DNA of 64,000 nucleotides from Spirochaetaceae bacterium (lineage in GTDB: Bacteria; Spirochaetota; Spirochaetia; DSM-27196; SKKC01): the NCBI GenBank assembly GCA_007128315.1, contig SKXQ01000086.1, positions 13,086-77,085 on the forward strand, written 5' to 3'. A program made the translations under genes and the position numbers. Positions 55,949 through 64,000 of this stretch are shown piece after piece. Positions within the stretch are counted from its first letter, which is position 1. The number at the start of each line of letters is the position of its first letter. The notes beneath the pieces are model-generated. The model was not told the origin of the DNA and searched no databases. It worked only from the letters and a program-made list of their open reading frames with translations.

Positions 55949-57904
55949 TCAGGACTTCGTGCCGTTTCCGGACGATTCGACGACGGTCTTTGCATCGGCT
56001 GCCATGAACCGTACAGTCTTGACCTTTTTCGGCGACAACCGCGTTCCGAGCGCTTTTGCGCTTTTGATCAGAAAATCGTCGACGGAGAAGCTTTCTTCGG
56101 TGACCTGCATGCGCGGGGTCGCAATATAGCGCACAAAGGCAGCAATGTTGTCCCGAGTCGTCACTGCCTGTATCTGTGCTCCCTTCGGTATCAGCTCATA
56201 TGTCTTTTCGAGAATGTACTGCTCGATCCGACACCGTTTCAGATACGCACAGCCGTTCTTCCGGTCGATGTATGCCACGTTGAATACTTTCCGGGCAAGG
56301 GAGTCTTTATCCGCTATTCCACAGGAAAGCATACCCTTGTCGACGAACAGTTTCTCCGGTGCACGGATAACCTGGTAGGTACCTCCCGCTCTGACGACAA
56401 GGATGCGGTCAAACTCGTTTACCTTGAAGAGTTCCTTGCCGCCGTGAACGCCGTAACCGAGATAGCCCGTAGCTTCATCGTATCGAAGCGACAAGTTACG
56501 TCCGATGACTTCACGGGCATCAACCTGCTCGAAACTCGCGATCTCCGTTCGCCTTCCGTGCAGTGTTTCCTGCTCACTCACGAGGCCGTCAAGAAAACCG
56601 ATTGCGTACGTGACAAGATCTGCGAGATGTCTCCTGACGGTCTCCAGCCGTTCCTTGATCTTCTGCATTTCATTGCGCGCCTTGTCTATGTCATAACGTG
56701 AGATGCGTCGGATCGGAATCCGAAGCAGTCGCTCTACATCATCTTCGGTGATAGCCCGTCGAATCTCTTTGAGAAAAGGTTTGAACCCTTCGATCACGGT
56801 CGCAACAATGGCTTCCTGTGTTCGTTCTTCTTCGATGCGCTTGTACAAACGCTCTTCGATGAAAATCCGTTCGAGTGTCCGGGCGTGAAGATCGTCGAGC
56901 AGATGCCCCTTCTCAAGTTCAAGCTCACGCTTGAGAATCTCGACAAGACGAGCGGCGTGGTACTCGATTATTTCGGTTACGGTCATGGAGACTGGTTTGT
57001 TATCCCGGATCAGAAGAAGATTTGCCGAGATGGACTGTTCACAGTCGGTAAACGCATACAGCGCGTCGACTACGTCGGCAGCGTAAACACCACGGGCGAG
57101 TCTGATTTCCAGTTCGACCTGCTCGGTCGTATAGTCCTGTATGCTCTGTATCTTTACCGACCCTTTGCGCGCAGCATTCTCGATGGACTGCATCAGTGAC
57201 TCGGTCGTTGTTCCAAATGGAACTTCCCTGATTACGATGCGCTTCGGGTCTGACGTGTCAAGTTTTGCGCGAACACGGACCTTGCCCTGACCGTCGGCAT
57301 AATCCGATACATCGACCAGTCCTCCCCCGGGGAAATCGGGAAAGAGCTGGAACTCGTCACCACGGAGACAGGCCTGCACCGCCTGTATGACTTCAATGAG
57401 ATTATGTGGAAGGATGCGCGTCGACATGCCTACAGCGATACCTTCGGCTCCGAGCGCAAGAATAACCGGAATCTTGGCCGGAAAGGTAACGGGCTCCTGG
57501 TTTCTTCCGTCATAGCTCGGCTCGAAACTGGTCAGCTCCGGATTATACAGAACCTTTTTGGCGAACGGAAGAACCCGACATTCGATATAGCGCGCGGCGC
57601 TCGCTTCATCGCCAGTCAGGATGTTGCCAAAGTTACCCTGCTTGTCAATGAACAGATCACGCGCGGCGAGACCCACGAGCGCTGCATAGATCGACGAGTC
57701 GCCGTGCGGATGATACTTCATGCAGTGTCCGACCACGTTGGCAACTTTATGAAACTTACCGTCATCAATCTCAAAAAGACTGTGCAGGATGCGACGCTGT
57801 ACCGGCTTCAGTCCATCGTCTATGTGCGGTATAGCTCTGTCCTTGATCACATAACTCGCGTACTCAAGGAAGTTATTGTTGAACAGCGTGTTTACGTATG
57901 CCAT
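55949..57904 (-). CDS. parC: Type IIA topoisomerase A subunit, short form (topoisomerase IV ParC-like)
   Basis: DGLKPVQRRILH, and the catalytic Tyr context SAARYIECRV. At only 651 aa the C-terminal beta-pinwheel is strongly shortened and no GyrA box is seen. It follows the B subunit after a 4-nt gap. Confidence 0.75.
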   Translation of the reverse strand: MAYVNTLFNNNFLEYASYVIKDRAIPHIDDGLKPVQRRILHSLFEIDDGKFHKVANVVGHCMKYHPHGDSSIYAALVGLAARDLFIDKQGNFGNILTGDEASAARYIECRVLPFAKKVLYNPELTSFEPSYDGRNQEPVTFPAKIPVILALGAEGIAVGMSTRILPHNLIEVIQAVQACLRGDEFQLFPDFPGGGLVDVSDYADGQGKVRVRAKLDTSDPKRIVIREVPFGTTTESLMQSIENAARKGSVKIQSIQDYTTEQVELEIRLARGVYAADVVDALYAFTDCEQSISANLLLIRDNKPVSMTVTEIIEYHAARLVEILKRELELEKGHLLDDLHARTLERIFIEERLYKRIEEERTQEAIVATVIEGFKPFLKEIRRAITEDDVERLLRIPIRRISRYDIDKARNEMQKIKERLETVRRHLADLVTYAIGFLDGLVSEQETLHGRRTEIASFEQVDAREVIGRNLSLRYDEATGYLGYGVHGGKELFKVNEFDRILVVRAGGTYQVIRAPEKLFVDKGMLSCGIADKDSLARKVFNVAYIDRKNGCAYLKRCRIEQYILEKTYELIPKGAQIQAVTTRDNIAAFVRYIATPRMQVTEESFSVDDFLIKSAKALGTRLSPKKVKTVRFMAADAKTVVESSGNGTKS

Positions 57905-57908
57905 AGGG

Positions 57909-59813
57909 TCAGATCAGGTTTTCCATAATATAGTCGCGACGCTGCGGAGTGTTCTTTCCCATATAAAACGTCAGGGTTTCGCGAATACTCTTGATACTCT
58001 TGAGATTGACGGGAACGATCCGCATGTCTTCACCGATAAACTGGCCGAACTCGCTCGGAGAAATCTCACCAAGGCCCTTGAAACGGGTGACCTCGGGGTT
58101 CCTGATCTCCGTGAGCGCGTGATCGCGCTCCCTGGCGTTGTAGCAGTAACGGGTTTCTTTCCTGTTTCGCACCCGAAACAGCGGTGTTTCAAGAATATAC
58201 ACGTGGCCTGCGAGCACAAGCTCCTCGAAGTAATTCAGAAAGAACGTAAGCAGCAGATTGCGGATATGAAAGCCGTCATGGTCGGCATCCGTTGCGATCA
58301 CCACCCGTGCGTAGCGCAGGTCTTCAATGGTGTTCTCTATGCCGAGCGCCATCATCATGTTATAGAGCTCTTCGTTCCGGTACAGGTCTGCACGTTTGCG
58401 GCCAAAGACGTTCTGAGGTTTTCCCCGCAGACTGAAGATCGCCTGTGTGTACACGTTTCGGGCACTCACCATACTCCCCGAGGCGCTCTGACCTTCGGTA
58501 ATGAAGATGGTTGACTCCTCGCCTTTGGGTCCATCCTGCAGGTGATTCTTACAGTCTTTCAGGTTCGGGATCTTGAGAGCAATCTTGCGCGCGTTCTCTT
58601 TTGCGTCCTTCTTTACCGCCTGAAGCTCTTTGCGAAGCCGCTCGTTGTTCGCGATCTTATCGAGAAGGCGCTTCGATGCGGTCTTGTTCCGGTGCAGATA
58701 ATCAACCACCGCCGACTTCACTTCGCCGACAATCCAGCCACGGATTTCGGTATTACCCAGCTTGTTTTTCGTCTGGCTCTCGAAAATGGGAGCCGCAAGC
58801 TTGACCGCAATTGCTCCTGCGATACCTTCGCGTACGTCCACACCGTTGTACTGCTTTTTGTAGAACTCGTTGACGCCTTTCAGAATTCCTTCCCGGAACG
58901 CTGACAGATGTGTGCCTCCGTCTGAAGTATACTGACCGTTCACAAAACTGAAAAAGGTTTCCCCGTAATTGTCGGTGTGCGTGAAGCTCAGTTCGATGCG
59001 ATCTCCGCGAGAGTAGCCGATGTCGTACATGGCTTCTTCGCCTACCTCGGCACTGAGCAGATCGAGCAGGCCGTTTGCGCTCTCGAATACCTGCCGTCCC
59101 GAAGGAGCGCCGATGCTTTTTGCATTCAATACGAGCGTCAGTCCGCTGTTCAGATACGCATAGTTCCAAAGGCGTTGCTCGATGAACTCGTAGTTGAAAC
59201 TGTATTCATCGAATATCTCCGTGTCAGGAGTAAAAACGATCAGCGTTCCGTTCCTCTCCTTTTCCGCTTTCCCTTTTGTCTGCTTTTTGAGTTTGCCGCG
59301 TTCAAAGAGCGCTTCGGCGTACTCACCGTCACGAACAGCACGTACACGAAAACTCCTTGAGAGTGCATTAACGGCTTTCGTTCCTACACCGTTCAGCCCC
59401 ACGGAGAACTGGAACACTTCATCGCTGTATTTCGCCCCGGTGTTGATAACGCTTACGCATTCGACGATCTTTCCCAGAGGTATTCCTCGACCGTAATCGC
59501 GCACCGTTACCTCTGAGGCATCAAAGGAGATCTCCACCCTGCTGCCGTGACCCATAATGAACTCATCGACTGCGTTATCGATCACCTCTTTCAGAAGAAT
59601 GTAGATCCCGTCGTCCTGATTCGATCCGTCGCCGAGGCGTCCGATGTACATGCCCGTTCGGAGCCGTATGTGCTCAAGGGAACTGAGCGTCCTGATCTTG
59701 CTCTCGTCATACACCGCGGCGCTATCTGCCTGCTTCACGGATTTCTGAGCAGACCTTGTCCCGGCACTCGCTTTGGTAACGGTTTTTTTCTTCGCTGTTC
59801 TCGCCATGATCAC
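57909..59813 (-). CDS. parE: Type IIA topoisomerase B subunit (ParE-like)
   Basis: GHKL ATPase (LEHIRLRTGMYIG, EVIDNAVDE), Toprim ITEGQSASGS and SLRGKPQNV. GTG 59813 or ATG 59807 start. Confidence 0.8.
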   Translation of the reverse strand: MIMARTAKKKTVTKASAGTRSAQKSVKQADSAAVYDESKIRTLSSLEHIRLRTGMYIGRLGDGSNQDDGIYILLKEVIDNAVDEFIMGHGSRVEISFDASEVTVRDYGRGIPLGKIVECVSVINTGAKYSDEVFQFSVGLNGVGTKAVNALSRSFRVRAVRDGEYAEALFERGKLKKQTKGKAEKERNGTLIVFTPDTEIFDEYSFNYEFIEQRLWNYAYLNSGLTLVLNAKSIGAPSGRQVFESANGLLDLLSAEVGEEAMYDIGYSRGDRIELSFTHTDNYGETFFSFVNGQYTSDGGTHLSAFREGILKGVNEFYKKQYNGVDVREGIAGAIAVKLAAPIFESQTKNKLGNTEIRGWIVGEVKSAVVDYLHRNKTASKRLLDKIANNERLRKELQAVKKDAKENARKIALKIPNLKDCKNHLQDGPKGEESTIFITEGQSASGSMVSARNVYTQAIFSLRGKPQNVFGRKRADLYRNEELYNMMMALGIENTIEDLRYARVVIATDADHDGFHIRNLLLTFFLNYFEELVLAGHVYILETPLFRVRNRKETRYCYNARERDHALTEIRNPEVTRFKGLGEISPSEFGQFIGEDMRIVPVNLKSIKSIRETLTFYMGKNTPQRRDYIMENLI

Positions 59814-59899
59814 CGCGGATACTATCAGAAACCGCGCTCGATGTCCTCACCCCCCGGACAGACTTGATTATCGACTGAATTCATGACAACACTGTTGAT

Positions 59900-60727
59900 G
59901 TGACATTCCTCGGAAAAGCGCTGGTCAGATGTACGCTCCTCTGTGCTTTGCTGTGCGGCCTTGTCGTACCGTCGACGGCGACCGAGGACGCGGAGGCGCT
60001 TCGGGAACGGCTTCACCGGGCCGAGACGCTCATCGAACAGGCGAAGAACTATTTGAGGGACGGCCGATACGCAGATGCCAACGCAGCGGCACGACTTGCA
60101 AACAGCATAGTCCGGTCGCTGCCTGCGGATACGGCTGTTCGCCTTCGCGCACTGCGTATTGACCCGGAGCGACATACGCGTCGTGACCCGCCGGAATTCA
60201 CGACTGTGCGACAGGCACGTGTTCCCGCCCCACCAGGCGCCCGTGGAGCGGCCAGCCGAACCACAGACGTTCTTACCGTCGAGGTTTCCCCCGGCGTTGT
60301 TCGCAGCTACGACACCCTGCGTAATCCGTGGAACGGGGATCAGATATATCTGTATAACGAAACGGCAGCTCGCGGGGCCGAGACCGGAGCCCGCCTGATT
60401 GCGGCCATAGACGTGCTTCGACCGGTGTCAGAGGCACCCTTTGATATTCGTGCGATGGAGATCCAGGCTGGCGATGAGCGGTACCGCTTCGGCTTTCCCG
60501 ACGAAACGGTAGCCCGTGTACGCGATTCGCGCTGGTACCTCGAGTCGGTGAGAATGCCGGTTGACGCCGTTTTACAGCGGGAGATAGAGCGCGCACTGTC
60601 TGCACCGACAATTGCGATCACGCTCGAAGGCAACGACGAACGCATCCCCCTTATCCTCGGGCGATCGGAGCGGGACGCGGTTCGTCGCATGCTTTTCTGG
60701 GCAGCGGATCCGCCCGAGTCTGACTAA
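59900..60727 (+). CDS. Secreted protein of unknown function
   Basis: GTG start. Signal-like N-terminus (LVRCTLLCALLCGLVVPSTA). No motif that I recognise. The coding call rests on ORF length, position in an otherwise empty slot, and plausible composition. Confidence 0.5.
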   Translation: MTFLGKALVRCTLLCALLCGLVVPSTATEDAEALRERLHRAETLIEQAKNYLRDGRYADANAAARLANSIVRSLPADTAVRLRALRIDPERHTRRDPPEFTTVRQARVPAPPGARGAASRTTDVLTVEVSPGVVRSYDTLRNPWNGDQIYLYNETAARGAETGARLIAAIDVLRPVSEAPFDIRAMEIQAGDERYRFGFPDETVARVRDSRWYLESVRMPVDAVLQREIERALSAPTIAITLEGNDERIPLILGRSERDAVRRMLFWAADPPESD

Positions 60728-63246
60728 TTCTGGTTTGCCGCTCCGCTTCCTGCGAGTTCCAGGGATGTTTCCGCCGCTTTACGCGGCCCCTGTTTGAACG
60801 ATATCGAGCCACTTCGGAGGTACACGATGATATGATCTCCTGCCTCGAAGCGTCCCTTGAGTATATCCATTGAAAGCGGATCCTCGATCTCGCGCTGTAT
60901 GGTTCGCCGCAGGGGTCGAGCTCCGTATTTTGCCTCGTAGCCGTGCTCGATAAGGTAGTCTTTCGCGCTCCGTTTGACTTCGAGGATGAGCTCCTTGTCG
61001 GCAAGCCGGGTCTGGACCTCTGCGAGCTCGAAGTCAAGTATCTTTCGCACGTGATCACGGGTGAGACTGTGAAAGACGACGATCTCATCCACCCTGTTGA
61101 CAAACTCGGGGCGGAAAAACCGTTTCAACTCGTTCATTGCTGAAGCCTTGATTTCACGATAATCAAATACGCTGTCATCTCCGCTCTGGAACCCGACGAG
61201 GCTGTCGCGCGTTATTTCACGAGCGCCGGCATTGCTGGTCATTATGAGGATGGTGTTTCGAAAACTGACCTTGTGCCCGAGGTTGTCCTGCAGTTCACCT
61301 TCCTCAAGAACCTGCAACAGCAGGTTGAACACGTCGGGATGTGCCTTTTCGATCTCGTCGAGAAGGACAACGCTGTACGGTTTACGTCTGATGCGTTCGG
61401 TCAGCAACCCGCCTTCCTCGTACCCGACGTAGCCCGGAGGTGCACCGACAAGGCGACTCACATTATGCTTTTCCATGAAGTCGCTCATGTCTATGCGGAG
61501 CAGCGCATCGGGGCTGCCGAACATGAACTCCGCAAGCGTCTTCGCCAGAAGGGTCTTTCCGACACCGGTGGGTCCGAGGAAGACAAAGCTTCCCATAGGC
61601 CGGTGCGGTGAGCTGAGCCCGGTCCGGCTGCGGCGAATCGACCCTGCGATGACTCCAACGGCGTCGTTCTGTCCAATAACCCGTTTGTGGAGCTCCTCTT
61701 CCACGTTGAGCAGCTTTTCCTGTTCGGTCTGAGCGATACGCTGCAGCGGAATACCGGTCATATCAGAGATCACGTAGTGAATGTCTTCGGCATCCACCAC
61801 GTTGTGCTCCGTCTTGAGTGTCACTTTCCATTCATTGCGCATGGTCTCCACGCGCTCTTTCAGCTCCCGGACCTGATCCCGCACTGCGGCGGCCCGCTCA
61901 TAATTCTGACTGTTCACAAGCGCAAGCTTTTCCTGCGTGAGGCTCTCTATCGTCTGCTCGAGTTCGGCGAGCTCGGTAGGCCTGACGCTGTTATGTATAC
62001 GCTTCCGGCTGCCTGCCTCATCGATCAGGTCGATTGCTTTATCCGGAAGATACCGGTCGGTTATGTAGCGACGCGAAAGCGTCGCGCTGACCTCGAGTGA
62101 GCCCGGTGTGTAGCTCACATTATGGTGATCCTCATACTGTTTCTTGATTCCGCGGAGAATCTCAATGGTTTCTTCGACACTCGGCTCCTCGACAAATATC
62201 GTCTGGAACCGTCGCTCGAGCGCTGCATCTTTTTCCACGTACTTGCGGTACTCGCTGAGCGTCGTCGCCCCTATGCACTGTATCTCGCCGCGCGAAAGAG
62301 CAGGCTTGAGCATATTCGAAGCATCAATGGCGCCTTCGGCACCTCCGGCCCCGATGATCGTGTGAAGTTCATCGATAAAGAGGATGATGTTTCCGGCGGT
62401 CGTAATTTCTTTCATGACCCGTTTGAGACGTTCCTCAAACTCACCCCGATACTTGGTACCGGCTATCAGGGACGCAAGATCAAGCGTGAGGACGCGCTTT
62501 CCGGTCAGCACCTCGGGGGCGCTCCCGTCAATGATCTGAAGTGCAAGCCCCTCGACGATCGCAGTCTTTCCGACGCCCGGCTCCCCGATAAGAACGGGAT
62601 TGTTCTTGCTTCGGCGAGCAAGGATCTGTATGACCCGCTGAATCTCACGAGCCCGTCCGACGACCGGATCCAGCTTGCCCGCCGACGCGTAAGCAGTCAG
62701 ATCCCTGGCAAACTCGTCGAGTGTTGGAGTGCTCTTCTTCTGACCCGGCGCACCCGCTTTCCGCTTTGCCTGCGATGCCGAACGCATGCCGGATGCGGCT
62801 GTCGGCGAAGTGCCGGACAATTCGGCGATTTCCTGCCGCAGGCGGTCAACGGTAACGTCAAAATCGGCCAGAACCCGGGAGGTTTCACCGTCTTCCTCAC
62901 GCGCGCACGCGAGAAGCAGGTGTTCGGTGCCGATGTACTCGTGACCGAGAAGACGAGCTTCTTCTGCCGAGTCCTCAAGCACTTTCTTGCCTCGCGGAGA
63001 CGGAGGCACATCACCGAGAATGAACCCGCTCTTCTTACGGGGGATCGATTTTTCCAGTTCAATCTGCATCTTTGCAGGATCGACTATGCACTTCTGAAGT
63101 GCCTTGTAACCCAGACCACCGCCCTCTTTGAGCAGGGCCAGGACGATATGCTCCGGTAATAACTGATCCGAGTGGAAGCGTTTCGCCTCATCTTGAGCAA
63201 GAATGGTGAGTACCTTCTGCGCTCGCTGCGTAAGTCCTTTGAACAT
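60724..63246 (-). CDS. clpC: ATP-dependent Clp protease ATP-binding subunit ClpC
   Basis: Clp_N repeats ([24 protein letters not shown]...). Two AAA+ modules ([15 protein letters not shown]; [15 protein letters not shown]). Start placed at ATG 63246, preceded by AGGGAG. Confidence 0.9.
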   Translation of the reverse strand: MFKGLTQRAQKVLTILAQDEAKRFHSDQLLPEHIVLALLKEGGGLGYKALQKCIVDPAKMQIELEKSIPRKKSGFILGDVPPSPRGKKVLEDSAEEARLLGHEYIGTEHLLLACAREEDGETSRVLADFDVTVDRLRQEIAELSGTSPTAASGMRSASQAKRKAGAPGQKKSTPTLDEFARDLTAYASAGKLDPVVGRAREIQRVIQILARRSKNNPVLIGEPGVGKTAIVEGLALQIIDGSAPEVLTGKRVLTLDLASLIAGTKYRGEFEERLKRVMKEITTAGNIILFIDELHTIIGAGGAEGAIDASNMLKPALSRGEIQCIGATTLSEYRKYVEKDAALERRFQTIFVEEPSVEETIEILRGIKKQYEDHHNVSYTPGSLEVSATLSRRYITDRYLPDKAIDLIDEAGSRKRIHNSVRPTELAELEQTIESLTQEKLALVNSQNYERAAAVRDQVRELKERVETMRNEWKVTLKTEHNVVDAEDIHYVISDMTGIPLQRIAQTEQEKLLNVEEELHKRVIGQNDAVGVIAGSIRRSRTGLSSPHRPMGSFVFLGPTGVGKTLLAKTLAEFMFGSPDALLRIDMSDFMEKHNVSRLVGAPPGYVGYEEGGLLTERIRRKPYSVVLLDEIEKAHPDVFNLLLQVLEEGELQDNLGHKVSFRNTILIMTSNAGAREITRDSLVGFQSGDDSVFDYREIKASAMNELKRFFRPEFVNRVDEIVVFHSLTRDHVRKILDFELAEVQTRLADKELILEVKRSAKDYLIEHGYEAKYGARPLRRTIQREIEDPLSMDILKGRFEAGDHIIVYLRSGSISFKQGPRKAAETSLELAGSGAANQN

Positions 63247-63361
63247 TGCGCTCTGCTCCCTGTTGTGACTAGTTCGGCGTCGCTGCCGGAATAGCCAGAT
63301 AATCGTTTCGTCCGCCGCCTTCACGGCGGGCTCTGAGGCCGGCCGAGCCTCTTGCGTTCAA

Positions 63362-64000
63362 TTACAACAACCTGCGTACCAGGTCCGCCCGGTGCGCAGC
63401 GACCATGCTGTCGGTAATACCGGAACTGTCCCCCCTGGTCCCGGTACTGCCTCCGCCTGCTTCCATGCCCCTCAATATATGGCTTTTCTGAACCTCGAAC
63501 AACAAGGGCGTGATCTGCTCCGTGCTCGAGCCGGGAATCAGCCCGACTGCCGCTCCGACCCGGAGCCATAGTACGGTTCGCAGCGCGTCCTCGGTCTCGA
63601 GTGCCGTAGCCATTCTCATGAACCTGAGCGCCTCGTCTATGTGCGTGCGGAATTCGGAGCTTTCCTGCTCAACAAGCTTCAGACGACTTTCGCGTTCCAC
63701 CTGCACGATCTCCCCCGTCACCGCTTCGAGCTCACGAATGACAGTTTCCTCGCTTTTTCCGAATTCTCCGCGGTCGGAGATCTGGTAGACCGAACCGAGG
63801 CTGCTGTCCTGAGACGATGCAAACCGCTTTACCCGGAATCCAGCGGCCTGGACCCGTGAGAGTACATCCTGCAGTTCACCGGTTTCCGATATCGCCGGAA
63901 CATGCAGAAGCGTTCCACATCTCATGCCGGTGCCACACGATGCGATTTCGCTGGTAAGAAATCCGAAATTCATGTCCACCGCAAATCGAAGCGTCTCATC
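63362..64000 (-). CDS. mcsB: Protein arginine kinase McsB (C-terminal part; the 5' end lies beyond the right window edge)
   Basis: Guanidino-kinase active-site region FGFLTSEIASCGTGMRCGTLLHVPAI. The frame stays open upstream to nt 64000 (..DETLRFAVDMNFGF..), so the track start at 63979 is internal. Confidence 0.8.
   Translation of the reverse strand, partial: DETLRFAVDMNFGFLTSEIASCGTGMRCGTLLHVPAISETGELQDVLSRVQAAGFRVKRFASSQDSSLGSVYQISDRGEFGKSEETVIRELEAVTGEIVQVERESRLKLVEQESSEFRTHIDEALRFMRMATALETEDALRTVLWLRVGAAVGLIPGSSTEQITPLLFEVQKSHILRGMEAGGGSTGTRGDSSGITDSMVAAHRADLVRRLL

Noticed and set aside
55949-59813. Annotating the type IIA topoisomerase pair as DNA gyrase (gyrB/gyrA)
   Set aside because: The A subunit is too short for a full GyrA C-terminal wrapping domain and I see no GyrA box. 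ParE/ParC is more likely, but this cannot be settled without the rest of the genome.
62122-63159. 345-aa ORF antisense to clpC (similar cases: 43897..44697, 50944..51732, 30184..30954, 52276..53055)
   Set aside because: These are shadow frames of well-supported genes. None has a motif, an RBS, or independent intergenic space.
1-64000. Search for CRISPR arrays, tRNA/rRNA genes, IS elements, integrases, prophage or classical defence genes
   Set aside because: Intergenic spaces are almost all under 120 nt, and the largest is about 200 nt at 24269..24469. No spaced direct repeats, no tRNA-like cloverleaf-sized gaps, and no transposase, integrase, reverse-transcriptase or nuclease-type translations were seen. 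Small RNAs cannot be excluded by eye.

Overview
GC-rich, very tightly packed bacterial chromosomal segment with about 43 protein-coding genes. I recognise no rRNA, tRNA, CRISPR array, transposase, integrase or phage genes. Many long ORFs in the track are antisense shadow frames of real genes, which is typical at this GC content. One real gene, a lipoprotein running off the left edge at 1..1710 (-), is missing from the track.

Gene content, left to right:
- MG/alpha-2-macroglobulin-like lipoprotein, then a FecR-PEGA-ankyrin lipoprotein
- GNAT-membrane fusion, LrgAB, and an HD hydrolase
- a 1845-aa single-chain biotin carboxylase (BC-BCCP-central-CT)
- three CPA2 cation/proton antiporters associated with three PTS-EIIA(Ntr)-type domains
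- a cytoplasmic polysaccharide-utilisation locus: lyase-like protein, LplABC-type sugar ABC transporter, membrane AraC sensor, GH95-like hydrolase
- a translationally coupled operon: MFS-HEAT, MoxR, DUF58, transglutaminase, PQQ-propeller, ApbE, AlkP-like membrane protein
- patatin and an ArsC/Spx-like protein
- a YD-repeat protein, OmpR/HK two-component system and treY-treZ operon
- sodA, a D-Ala-D-Ala carboxypeptidase, and an ABC-2 exporter
- GH38 mannosidase, parE-parC, and mcsB-clpC

The best candidates for an undescribed system are:
1. The CPA2 / EIIA(Ntr) / PII-like module, which is present twice in inverted orientation and once more as a covalent fusion.
2. The extended MoxR-DUF58-transglutaminase envelope operon.

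All functional calls rest on motifs I could read in the translations. No database search was possible.
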